The position numbers and the translations under genes were made by a program. DNA of 64,000 bases from the human T2T-CHM13v2.0 reference genome, Homo sapiens, in NCBI RefSeq assembly GCF_009914755.1, contig NC_060925.1. The stretch is one strand, 5' to 3'. Positions 13,937 through 27,196 of the stretch are shown piece by piece; within the stretch, counting starts at the first letter, position 1, and every line of letters starts with the position of its first letter. Under the pieces are notes generated by a model. It did not search any database. It was given only the letters and a program-made list of their open reading frames with translations, and was not told the origin of the DNA.

Positions 13937-15164
13937 CTTGTCTATACTAAGTATTTGGAGATGGAGACGGGAGCAAAAATGAAGAGGGTGGAGAAGCACA
14001 GAACGTGTACTGGAAAGACAGCATCCCCCATGAGGCATTTGCAGCAGCGAGACTATTTACAGGAGGCATTGCAAATAAAATAAAATAGGAATCCAGAGCG
14101 GGTAAATCTAGGAGTTATTAGTGCCAAGACATATGAACTCATAAGAGTAGGTACCGCAGCTGGGAGAAAAGTTGAACAGCAGAAAAGGCTGGAGGGCCTA
14201 GAAGCAGCCTGTGGGTGCCTCCCGGGAGATGGGGAAGTGAGGAGGCAGATAGCAGCTGTGGAAGCAATCACAGGAGGAGCTCCAGAGCTGATTTATCATC
14301 CGGACCACGTCTCTCTGACTAACAAATACTGATTTGGATAAACAGCGAACCCTGGGAGAGGCACCATCTCCAATTAAGAGATCACAGTCCATATAAATAA
14401 ACAGCAACCAAAGACAACTTCAGTCTGCCTGGGTAAATCCCAGTGATTTCCAAGGTGTGCATTACAGCCACTGAGGTAGAGAAAGGCTACATTATCACGC
14501 GGCTTCAGGGCTCCAGAAGGGAAGTTGTAGTTCTCAGGTGGATGGGAAAAAGGAAGGAGGTTAGCTCTTCCGCATAAACCACCAGGCCCAAAGTAAAATG
14601 GTTGATCTCTGAACTTTTCACTGGGTTTGCGTTTTGACCATGAGGGAGTTTCTTGACGTGGAAGGAGATGAAGGAACGGTATACAAACTGGTATTGTGAT
14701 TTAAATTAGAGCAAAATTAGAGGCAATATGGCAACAGTGAGCCTGCAGTTCTGGTTACAGGCACTATTTCTCAGTCCACAGGGGTGAGAAGGTAGGAGAG
14801 GGACAGAACAAAATGTTTAGAGGTTGCTTTAGCGAAGAGACCAGTACTGCCTAAACACACAGGTCCTGTAACATAAATACCTAACCTAAATAGCAGACGC
14901 AGCACAAGGCATCTTAGGCCTTCCGCCCAAGGAATTTTAACCCAGAAGTATCTGGACGACGAGCCCAGCATGTCCTTATCTTTGGGCAGAATTCTATTTC
15001 CACTTCTGGCATAGAAACATCATACCACATCAGTGCAGCAGACCTATATGGAACCCTCTTATGTGCATACAAATAACTGAATAAAAAAGCATTCTGCTGT
15101 CTTGGAGCAAGGAGAAATTTTACATAAACAAACAACTATAATTCTAGAACATATATAGAGACAT

Positions 15165-15470
15165 AGTCATTCATTCAACACCCATTTTTGAGGGCCAGCT
15201 TGGTGCTTATTATTGCACTAGATTCTGATAATAGACTATAAACAAGGTTGACAGGGTTCTTGATCTGATGGCACTTACAGATAAGTAAGCAAGTGCTACA
15301 TTGCTCTGCACAGAAAGGTCAAGGAAAGCTGGAATAAAAGGTAACACATAGGCAAAAACCGATGGATGACTGGAGACTCCAGGTGGAGGCTTGTGGAATG
15401 GTGGTGTAGATACAGGAGCAGTGTAACCAAAGTCATGGGAGCACTAGATGTGGTTTAGGAACTGAGCAGC
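15165..15470 (-). mobile_element. L2 fragment
   Basis: tcattcattcaaca...ttttgag...gcactag, the antisense L2 3' end pattern. Confidence 0.55.
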
Positions 15471-18400
15471 CAGTCCCATGTCAAGAAGTGCATGGTGATG
15501 CCTCTCCTTTCCCTGTTCTTCCCCACTGGTTATTTATGCCATACTTTGTCTCTCTGAAATGCCAAAAGTGTCTCTTAGACACTGATTTCTTCCAGGGTGC
15601 AACTAAAAAAAAAAAAAAAACTCCCACCTGAAGAGGCATGTCATTTTCTAGCATTAGGGGTAAGTAAAATGAAGTAAAAATCACTGCATGTGTAGAGAAA
15701 TTAGGACCAAAAGCAACTTCTTACATTTCTGCTTTGGAAAAATGAAGCGTGAATTCTCAACTGGTGAGGAGATGGTACATAGTACTTTAAGGTCCTGTTA
15801 GACTACTGGTTCAAATAAAAATTGACATGATTTATGCTCGAGCAATTGGATTCAGGGTAAGGTTACCACACCATACTTTTGCACACTTGATCCTCTCTCA
15901 AGTATTTATGGAGCATCTCCTTCGTGCAATGCATTATTCTAGGCACTATAGCAGAATACGAAAGACAGACAAAACAGGATACTACTGATTTCTGGGAGAT
16001 TAGCAGTCCAGTTTGAGTGACAGCATACACATCAGAAAACACATTGGGATGCATCACCTCAAATGCTAGAAAGAAGACATTTAATACATTCTCAGTGATT
16101 GATGGACAGATTTGGTCTATGGATGCTGTGTCAGAATGAATTCTTAGGATGCCAGTCCCAAGCATCCCCAGGACACAATGGCTCTTGCCACACATTTTCC
16201 CATGTCTTTGGGGGCTATACCCAGGTTAGCCACCCTGGCTTGAGATAAGATTGCAAAGTTGATTTGTGAAGAGAAAATGTGAAAATAAAAATTTGGAAGA
16301 AATGAAGGGAGCATTCAGGATGGCCAAGGGGGGAAGGGAAGATCAGTTTTGTTTTCAGATGAGATTTGGTAAGAGATCTTGAGTCAGTCAGGCAAAGGAA
16401 AAGAGGATTAAATTTTGCTTCTAGAAATAATTAATTTTATTCATGAATGAATTGCTTCTTAGAGACGTGTGTGTGTGTAGAAAGGAGTGAGGTAGACTTC
16501 ATCCGGAAACTGTCACGACACAGGTGCAGGCCGACAGGGACGCTGTCGAGTCATATGGTCTTTTTTTCTCTCTCTCTTTAAGAGAATAGCTTTTTCTAGG
16601 TCAAGGATTCTCAATATTTTTTTCTTTATTCAGCTTCTGCCACATTTCTCTCACCCCAGAGCTTCCCACATATCCCACAAGAAAAGCATTTCAGTATATG
16701 GAGCTTAGAACAGTGAGTGGCACAGGGTGGGGTGTTTCTTCATTCAGCCCATGTTTATCCAGGATTTGTATGTGTTGGCCACTCTACAAGGGCTGGGGAC
16801 AGACCCTGAAGGAGACAGAGCCCAGGCCTCAGAGAGTTCTGCTTTCCAGGAAGACCCACGTATGCAAAGGATTAGAAGTGGGCGAGGCCTGTGGTATAGT
16901 AAAAAGTCTGGGTGAGAGGAGCTTGGCTCCCATGCCAGTTACCATCTTCCCCTCTGGGAGTAGAAACAGTGAGTCTGCTCACAAGGAACTGAAGATAAGT
17001 TGGGCTGCAGATGACAGCTTGGACCTGAGTCAGAGCTGGCAATGCCAGTCCTACAATCCTGCCTTTGCCCCAAACTAAAGTCAGCTGGGTTTGTCCATCA
17101 GATTGGTTTGCCTAATCCTAAGTGAAGCAACTAGAGAAGCCATCACTGGATTGTGGGGATGGGACAAGCCAGAAACCTCAGAGGGACAGCTCTGCCAAGT
17201 GAGCTGACTGTGAGGAGGGGGAGATGATCAGAAGCGTTTCCCATTGCAGGGCTTGAATGTCCAAGAGACAAGAGCCTTTTGTGAGCTGGGGTCTCAATCC
17301 ATGAACTCTACACAGTATTGAGAAATATGGATGATAACAGCAGGCTCTCGCCAATCTCCCCAATTCTCCCATGGGAAGAAAAGAGTAAAGTGACAAAGAA
17401 AATAGATGGTCTGAAAAAATAAAAAATAGTTGGTCAAAATTTCTATTTAACTTAGGGAAAGAAAGCATTCTCTCTGTACTATGAGATATTAATGACATTA
17501 ATGAATACTAGTAGCTAATATATATTAAATGCTCATCATATGCACATTTTACTAAGTACTTTATTAACATTAATTAAAATTATCCTAGTAAGAACCCCAC
17601 AAGGGTCTGCTATTTGTACACTTATATAACAGATGAGGACACTGAGTTTTAGAGGGTGTCACATAACTGATAAGAGGAAGAGCCAGCACTCAACCAATAA
17701 GACAGGGAACCTGTCCATTAATGATAATTATTTAATGAAATAAATCACTGAGCCTGGGCTACTTAATGCTCTGAGAGAAACAGTGTCTCGGGTTGTCACT
17801 GGGGCTCTTTGTCCTTCTTTCTTTAGGCAGCCCGGTAGGTCTTTGAGATGCAGAAGACAGGCCTCAGAAGGCTGGAGGCTGACCCATTTCCCTCAAAGAC
17901 CCTGTCATTCGTTCTCTCTTTCCACAAGAGTTTTCCATCTGTGCTTAGGCTCCGGGGAACCCTGAGTGGGAGGAAGCCACAGATGGATCTTCCTGAAACA
18001 ATGCACCCACAGCAAATTCTGTATGTGTTGGTTGTGCACTGCTGGTGTGTTTCTACAAGGGTGCGATGTAAATCGAATTTCTGTAAATCGAATCCTCTCC
18101 TGGAGGAACACTTACTGCCATTGCCAAGATGCAGTATCTTACTTCTTGCCTGGCCATGGCTTATAAAAATTCAGTGTTAAGTAAATCCCTACCACCTGAC
18201 TTTAGAATTAGGTAGGTACTGATTTGTAAACACACATGTCCACTTGGAAATGTCTTATATTTCAGGGAGTATTTTCATAAAGGCAGAAGAAACCTTTGGT
18301 GTTGCATGCAATCTCTGCTTATTGGTCTACTTTGTAAATTTGAATTTTCTTACAGTGATGAGATTGGTGTATGCTCTGTTACAGTCCCACTTGCCTTCAC

Positions 18401-19059
18401 ATTCACAGCACACTAGGCACTCAGGTGAAGCAGTGAGAGAGACATAGAGGCTGAGGCCCCTGAGTATATTTTAAGATTTCTAGGTATAGCTGTGCACAGA
18501 TTAGGGCTGTTATATGTTTTGGGGAAGATGCAGGAATCTGGCAGGAGTTCCCAGCCATGTCTTCTCCATTGTACCTGTTTAATGCTCTATGATCCTGCCA
18601 CCCTGCCAAGCTCTCCTCTGAGCCCAGAAGTGTGCCTCTTTCCTCCTCCTCTGCAAAGAGCAAACAAGCTCTGGATGTGACAGTGAATCAGAGTGAGTAA
18701 GAAGTCTTACTGGCTGGGCAGGAGGCCTGATGGGATAAAAACGAGGTAGCCAGAACCACTGCTCACCAAGTTCTTTGTTATGAGCCCCAGTGCCCTAGAG
18801 AATTCTCATTTTCTCTGTCTCCCAGGAAAGCCTCTGCCTCACTTGGGGACACACTGGTGACGAAGGAGGGATAGGAAGAAAGTCTCTTTGGGGAGTGAGT
18901 TCTCCTGGATCCACAGAGGCATGTAAACACCTAATGATCCCTTGACATGAGTTACGTAGTTGGTTTATTAGTAACAGCGGTAAACTTTAGCATCATAAGC
19001 CAGCCTCTTGCTTGGCTGGTTCTGTGTATGTTCTAAATTGTGAGTCTGATAAAGAGGGC

Positions 19060-19165
19060 ATTACCCTTATTTGATCATTACATGCTGCATACATGGATTG
19101 GAATATTACACTGTACCCTATAAATGTACAATTATTATATGTTGATTAAAGAATAATTTTAAAAC
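19060..19165 (+). mobile_element. L1MA/MB 3' end fragment
   Basis: atttgatcattaca...catacatg...attacactgtaccctataaatgtacaattattat. Confidence 0.7.
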
Positions 19166-19625
19166 TTAAAATTCAATGAACCATCCCTAAATTAAAAAGA
19201 ACAACACTAAAAAAGAGGAGTCGAGAGGAAAAGAGGCTGTGAGAGTCCCTGAATGTTGGCCTGGTTCATTGAGAAACTCAGGAACAAGTGAGACTCCGTA
19301 AAAGAAATGTGACTGGAGGCTGAGAATACATTATTTTGTCTTCTGCAACCACTAGGATAGATGTGTGCATGTTGGTGCCTACATATCACAGTCAGGCTAG
19401 AAGATGAAATCTGAAAACCACAGGGCTTATTAGCCTGGGACAAGAGGCCAAAGCTACACAGTGTTTGGGTGTGGAAGGAAGCTTGACAATGTGGGACGGC
19501 CAATCAGGGCTAAGTGATGCCAGAATCTGTGAGTTAGAAGGAAACTTAACATCACTTATTTCCTAGCCAGTGAAGACAACCAGTCTGCAGACAGTCAAGA
19601 AGGTGGTCAGTGGGTCCTAGCTTGA

Positions 19626-19956
<331 letters not shown>

Positions 19957-21534
19957 CACTGAAGCCAATTTTTATTCAGCAGCCTAAAACATTATGAAGA
20001 TCTTTTGGAAATCGAATCATAGTCTTTCTTCCCATAACCTTCCCTTATTGGTCCTGATTTTGCTTTCTTTTATTTCTCTAGAATAAGTCTAACTTCACAA
20101 CAGGGCTCTAGATTTTGAAAACAGTTATTACTCTCCCCAATTCCTAGACTCGTTAGCGCTTTGTAACTTCCTTCCAGAGGTTCTTTCCTCCTCCTTCCCC
20201 TCCTCTCGCATTCTCTTCCACAAGCTGTCCTTGTTTGTTTTTCCCCAACTCTCCCTTTTCCATCTTTCTTCATGAAGAAAATACATGAAATTTATTTTGA
20301 CATAAGGTTTTCTTCCTAAACCAATTCTGACTCCTAGGGAGCTTGCTTGCTTGCTCACATTTCAAAGTACTCAAGAATTTTGTCATGGATCAATATCAGT
20401 TTTTCATTTTAGAGTTTCTCAGGTCAGGCATTTCCCTCTCCCCAGACTTCTTTGACTTCTTGCTTTCTGTGCCATTGTCGAAGACTAGCGACAGTGGTGC
20501 CAGGTCACAGGCACACCTCAGGACACAGGGTGACTCTTCTGGAGCTGAAATCTCAGTGCTTCGAGGAACGTTGGAAATGTGCTGGAGTTGTGTCTAGAGA
20601 ATACAGGTTTCTCATCCAAGTTCAAAGGATTACATCCAGCTGTTACTGAGTTTGATTTTGTATACCTAGATTTAGTTTTTGTGGTAAAATCATAGCCAGA
20701 GTTGAACTCATGAGGTCCTAATACACTTGTATCTGCTACACTCTTTGCCACCTGTATGAACAGCCGGTATGAACAGCCACCTGGCTACTGTCACTCCTGC
20801 CTCTTCTCTATTCTCTCCCCATCTGAGTTTTGTAGATTCTATCGCAGAACTGTCTTTCAAATCCAGCCTCTTTTCTTTTCCCCTGGCTTCATTGTCTACC
20901 ATTCGTACTTTCCTCACTTCTCTAATGCAACCTGCCTAAGTCCTTGTTGGTCCATCTGTCCCCCAAAAATAAAACCCAAACCCATTTTCTTAGCATAAAA
21001 CTCACTTCCAAATCCATTCATTCACTATTTCAACAAATAGTCAATGAATACTGACCCTCTGCCATTGATTGTGCCCCACCATTTCTTCCTGTTTTTCTTC
21101 TGTTCCAGTCCCGATGAACACCTCCAGATTTGCCCACAGAAGGCCCCCTTGATGTCCTGTGTCTTTCCATAACCCATTCCCTCTACCCCAAAAGCTCTTT
21201 ATCTCCTCTGAGCTCCTTCTCACCTTTCAAACTCATCTAAATTATCATCGCCATATGAAGTCTTCTTTGACTCCTACAAGAGTTGGTTACTCCTACCTAT
21301 GATTCCCCATCAGTTTATTCATATTTTTACCATACGAACTTATTTTTGTGCACTTGTTTATTTCTCTTTGCTCTTCACTAGGCTCTGAGCTCCTTCAGGC
21401 AAAGAACATGTCGTATTTCACCTTTATATCTCCTGACCCCAGCACCATGTCTGCCACACATAAGGGCATAATAAGAGGATGAAACCATTCAGTAGGAGTA
21501 GGATGTTCTGGGATGAAATTAGATGAAGGCGTAA

Positions 21535-21740
21535 ACAAGTGGTTGAGACTCAAGGCTCTAGAATCAGACTGACTGGGTTAAATTGCAGTTTAAATTGCAG
21601 AATCAGACTGACTGGGTTAAACTGCAGTTCTGCTGCTTTTAGTTGTGTAAATTATTTTGCATCTCTGAGCCTCATTTTTTCTCATTAGTAATATTGGTGG
21701 AATAATAGTACTTTCGTTATAGGATTATTTGGTGATAACT
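21535..21740 (+). mobile_element. MIR with internal tandem duplication
   Basis: ggctctagaatcagact...ctctgagcctca...; a 31-nt unit is repeated. Confidence 0.7.
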
Positions 21741-22335
21741 GAAAAAAAAGATTTGGTTTATTTCTAGCTAAATGCTTATTCATTTTGTGAGGGGTCGCCC
21801 ATTAGTAAATAAGAAAAAAAAAAGAATGAGAAATCTAGAGAAGAGTACAGGGAGAAAATAAAGAGAGATTAATTGAGAAAGAAGAAAGAATAGGTAGTCT
21901 TACTCTACCAGACTCGTTTTATGCATAGAACGCTGTACATTAATCAGATTTATCACTTATAGTCTACATACTGCTCTCCTTAACTGTAGCTTGAGTTAAT
22001 CTAGCCACTGATTTTATAGTTGTAGATAGTTCAAAATAAATCATTAACAGTGACAGGTATTCTCCCTGTAGAGCACGACTCACACACCAAGATCCCACAG
22101 CATAAAAGACAAGGCCTCAAGACCAAAACCATCTCCCCCTAGACCCAACAAGCAAGAAGAAGGGAGACCACATACAGGTTTGTTGCTGAGCTGAGAAGAA
22201 ATGGGAGCATGGCTACTTGACCACAGGGACAATAAAAACAGTAATTGAACCCTTATCCAGCTAGGCAATACAGTTAAGAGATCAAGAGCCAAGATTGTTT
22301 CATCAGGCTAGAATATTGGATAGATACAATCAAGA

Positions 22336-22745
22336 CAGTATTAGTCAAAATAGGGTAACTGCTGAAACAAACAGTCCTCAAATCTGAGTGACTTAATGAA
22401 AGTTTATGTTTTTGCTCATGTCACACTCCAATACAATTTATGAGAGACATAAAAGGAGATTGCTTCATGAAATCATTCAGGACCAAGACTCCTACCTCAT
22501 CACTGCCATTCCTTAGGGCCTCAGAGTCCTGGATCCTGGTAGACAAGGGAAGAGAAAGAGCATGAAGGATTTCATGAGAGGTTTGAAGGACTAGACCTGG
22601 ACTCATATTCCACTGTAGAATTCAGTCACATGGCTATGTTTAAATGCAGAGGAAGCTGTGGGGGTGGGGGTGGGAAATTGTCCATCTGTGAGCCCAGGAG
22701 GAAAATGGAAACATCTTTGGAAACAACTTTCCAGCCTCTGCCACA
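22336..22745 (-). mobile_element. MLT1-family LTR
   Basis: gtattagtca...gctgaaacaaaca...caaatctgagtgacttaa...tcagtcacatggc...ctctgccaca. Confidence 0.7.
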
Positions 22746-23089
22746 AGGAGTGGAATGCAAAAAGAGGGCGAAATGTAAAGCCCTAAACTGAAGTTAAAAA
22801 TGTCAATGTCACAAATATCAGAGACCTGACTTGGCTGTGATACTTGTGAAAAAAATTTCTGGGGCTGGAAAGAAATATGGGATACTGGCTGATGATATGA
22901 TTATGGTTAGCAAAGAATATTTTTGTCTTTAAAAAATGAGTGTAATATTCAAGTACATTAATAAAGAAAATATACATAGCAGCAACAGCATACACTGCCT
23001 TCACGTCTTACTTATCTTTGTGTCCTTGTGTGTGTCCTAAATTATCTGAGCCTCAACAAGCTTAGCTATAAAATAGGACTAAAGCTTGT

Positions 23090-23740
<651 letters not shown>

Positions 23741-23917
23741 CTGACATCTGTAGGATTATAGTGACAATTTAAAAATATATAAAGTATCTACTTCCATTCC
23801 TAGAAACAGAGGGTCTCACTAATAACTGAAACTATGATAATGGTCATAGTGATGGTGATAATGATGTATTCAGATCTTGTATCCTAATGTACTCTCAGTG
23901 GCTCAGAATATATCTAC

Positions 23918-24065
23918 CAGATTGTGTTCAATTTTGGTTTCCATCTTTAAAAAGAAAGAACGTTGACAAGCTAGATTGCAAGCAGAAAAGGTGGAGCATG
24001 TAGGCCTAGGAATCTGGAAACTGTGTTGAAGGAACTAAAACTATTTAGTCCAAAGAAGAATGGCC
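23918..24065 (+). mobile_element. CR1/L3 fragment
   Basis: attgtgttcaattttgg...ttgacaagctaga...ctggaaac...ttgaaggaact...tttagtccaaagaaga resembles the L3 ORF2 3' part. Confidence 0.6.
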
Positions 24066-25220
24066 TATATAAAAATTAAATGCACCAAAATACCAGAGGG
24101 GCTATTTCTTTGCAAAAGGAATAAACTTGTAGAATAATGGAAGGAATTACCAGTCTGTGGGAATTCTCTGGGAGTCAAGTAAATAAAGGAAGCTCATGAA
24201 GACATCTGATGGGAGAAGCATTGCATGGGCCACTTGCTGAGCAAAGACAAGCACAATGGGAGGCAGATAGTGGTGAACAGAGCTATGCTGTCCACAGTTG
24301 AGCAGATGAGATGCTGGGGAGCAGTTTGGGATGTCAGGAAAGATCTGACAGTTTGTGCCTGGGAAGACACAGGTCTCAGCTCCCTCTTCAAATCCTTCTG
24401 GTCACACAGATTCACTGGGCCCTCATTCCAGTGGGTCTGTTGTCTTTCATGTTGATTCTATAAACACACCACTCTCAGTGCCCTCCCTATGTCCCCAAGC
24501 CCCACCAGGGCAGTGTGAGAATAGCCAAACAGTGATCTCCTCCTCCTCCTTTAAGCTTGACTCTCCCCTCCCCCATTTCTCCCAATCAGCCTTAATTAAA
24601 CTGTTTGAAAGCTGCAGCTTGATTTTAATTAGAGCAAAATTGGGAAGATTAGAATGAAATTGGCCAATCATTGTTTACGGGCCGTTGTTTGAGAACACAG
24701 CAGGCTGCTAAATTACCTCCATGCCAGGCTTCTTGAATTCTCCCAGACAGTGAAAAGATGGAGAGCACCAGGACATCAGGGAAGAGATGGCCTCATTTCT
24801 GTTCTTGTGTCTCTAAGAATTGCAAGGGCTGAGATATTACTTAACCAAACAACTCCTGGACTGAAGCCTTCCTGCCTGGGGATCTCTCCCAGCCACAGTG
24901 GTAAACAAGGCAAAAGAATTACCTGGGAAATATGACAAAGGTGGACAGTACTCCCTGAGCTTGAACACAGGTCACAGACAAAGGCAGAAAATCATTGGTA
25001 GTGTGGTCTAGGTTCTAGTCAAACTCTACCACTAGTCAACTGAGACTTGGGGCAAACCATTTCTCTCAGTTTCTCTGTCTCCTCATGTGTTAACATGTAA
25101 AAGCTTAATAGTTGATTAATGATATTTTCTCTCCCTTTCCCCCAAGGTCCCTGTATAGATAAAATAAGCGTGTGTAAAAATTGTGTGCAAAAAACAGTTT
25201 GGATATCAAGACAACTGTTC

Positions 25221-25431
25221 GGAGAATAATAGCCTAGTCCCTTTCAGCACTGTAGTCCTTTTGAGCAATAAAAGTTGGAGGGGGTGCCCCCAAAAGAGAG
25301 ACTACTGGAAATAGATCAGGAGGGCCAAAGAATAGAGAAGGTCAATGTCCCTACCATGATAGCTGACTGCTTCTGTCATTGTTTGCAAAGTGGGTTCCAT
25401 TGCTGCTTTAAGACTTCCCCCCAATCTCTCA
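25221..25431 (+). repeat. Local direct duplication, copy 1
   Basis: Aligns to 26256-26463 with about 22 substitutions and one 3-bp indel by hand count. Confidence 0.92.
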
Positions 25432-26255
25432 GGAAAGCACTACGCCAATATATGGGATTATGATTTTTATTATCGTTTCGTTTTATAGCTCAGATTAATC
25501 ATGTCTTATTCATTATAGCAGTAAAGTCTCTAATAGCCAAGTACATTACAGTAATCTGTTGTTGAGATAGAAATCTCCTGGTCATGTGATGTGTCTGGAA
25601 ATACTGCCTCTGTATTGGAGCCAAAGTATGATATATCCTTAAGCCCCTAAAATGTCCAGCTTGATAGAGAATGTGAAACTATCATAGCTGAGTCACTGGG
25701 TAAAAAACTGGCATCACTCAGTGTACATGTTGGCTTTGGCTATTCTTGTTCATGTGAGTTTTTCAAGATGAAAAATGTGAGTCCTATGAAAAAGACAAAA
25801 TGGTGATGTCATCGCTTGGTGGACTGAGTTCTGTGATGGGAGCAGTAGCCCTGGATGTGAGGTATATTGGTAGAAAGATGAAGAAAGAGAAGACTTCCTG
25901 TGTCTGAAATTCTTTAGGAAAATCAGCAGTGTGAAACTCAGTGGTACTTATTGATTTTCCTCTGTCCAGTTGGCAAGTCTCAAGCTAATTGTGGAAAGGC
26001 AAATCTCCAAGACAAAGGCTCTGAGAACAAAGACAGTTGAACTTACCCAGAACTGGTTGGTATGTGAGAAAATTTCCCATGGGTCATTGGTTGACAGTTT
26101 AAGTAGACAAAGTAAAGTCCCAGGAAAAATGACAAGAAAACTATGTCCTTGGCTTGAGGCCAGTCTCTTTTGCTCCAGAGTTCTTAAATATTTTATTCAA
26201 TAACATGTCCTCTGTTTATCTTCATTTTTCAGGGAAAACCAGTTTGGTTCAAACT

Positions 26256-26463
26256 GGAGAATAATAGCCCAGTCTCTTTCAGCACTGCAGTCCTTTTGAG
26301 CACTAAAAGTTGGAGGGGGTGCCCCCAAAAGATAGATCATTGGAAATAGATCAGGAGGGCCAAAGAATAGAGGTCAATGTCCTTACCCTGACAGCCCACT
26401 CCTTCTGTCATTGCTTGCAAAATGGGTTCCGTGGCTGCCTTAAGACTTCCCCACAGTATCTCA
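26256..26463 (+). repeat. Local direct duplication, copy 2
   Basis: Aligns to 25221-25431. Confidence 0.92.
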
Positions 26464-26858
26464 ATTCTGAGAAACGCAGAATAGTGAGCAGGCGGTGATT
26501 GGTTGGCTCTGCTGGAAGCAGCATTGATTTCCTCCTCAGTAAACCCAGCCTGGAGTCTAATGCAGGAGGAACAAATGTCTCCTAGTATGCAGGGGCACAC
26601 TGACACCAGGATAGGTTGGTGCCAAGCCTGCAGGGGTGCCACGGTGGAGGGGGGCGGATAGAGCTGCATGCTTAGGATACAGGGATGTGACTTTCCAAAT
26701 GACAGCCCTATCTGTGGACTTGGAAATGGGCCGGAACATGCTTCCCCCGCAGAGGTAGAAAGATGAAAGATCTATTAAAAAACTGGAAACAGAATAATCC
26801 GGCTGTTCGTGTGAAGTTATAGCACAACCACCCACATTGTAGGCTACAGTATTCATTA

Positions 26859-27087
26859 CAGGTTGAGTATCACTTATCCAAAAAATGTTGGGGACCAGAA
26901 ATATTTTGAATTTTTTTTCAGATTTTAGAATATTTGCATTATACTGGATCAGCATCTCTAATCTCAAAATATGAAATTCTAAATGCTCCAGTGAGTGTTC
27001 CCTTTGAGAATCATGTTGATGCTCAAAAAGTTTTGGATTTTGGAACATTTTAGATTTCAGATTTACAGATCAGGGACACTCAACCTG
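26859..27087. mobile_element. Tigger4a/MER46-type TcMar MITE
   Basis: TIRs caggttgagtatc...gacactcaacctg flanked by a TA duplication; about 230 bp. Confidence 0.88.
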
Positions 27088-27121
27088 TACTTCTAGATTT
27101 CAGCTTCACTGAGGTACAGTT

Positions 27122-27196
27122 TGTGTGTGTGTGTGTGTGTGCGTGCGTGTGTGTGTGCGTGTGTGTGTGTGTGTGCGTGCGTGTGTGTGTGTGTGT
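27122..27196. repeat. (TG)n/(TGCG)n microsatellite
   Basis: About 75 bp of alternating purine-pyrimidine. Confidence 0.97.

Noticed and set aside
25275-26498. Two paralogous 62-aa ORFs beginning MEGVPPK
   Set aside because: Both start at TTG, diverge after the duplicated block and show no bias toward synonymous changes; they are a by-product of the DNA duplication.
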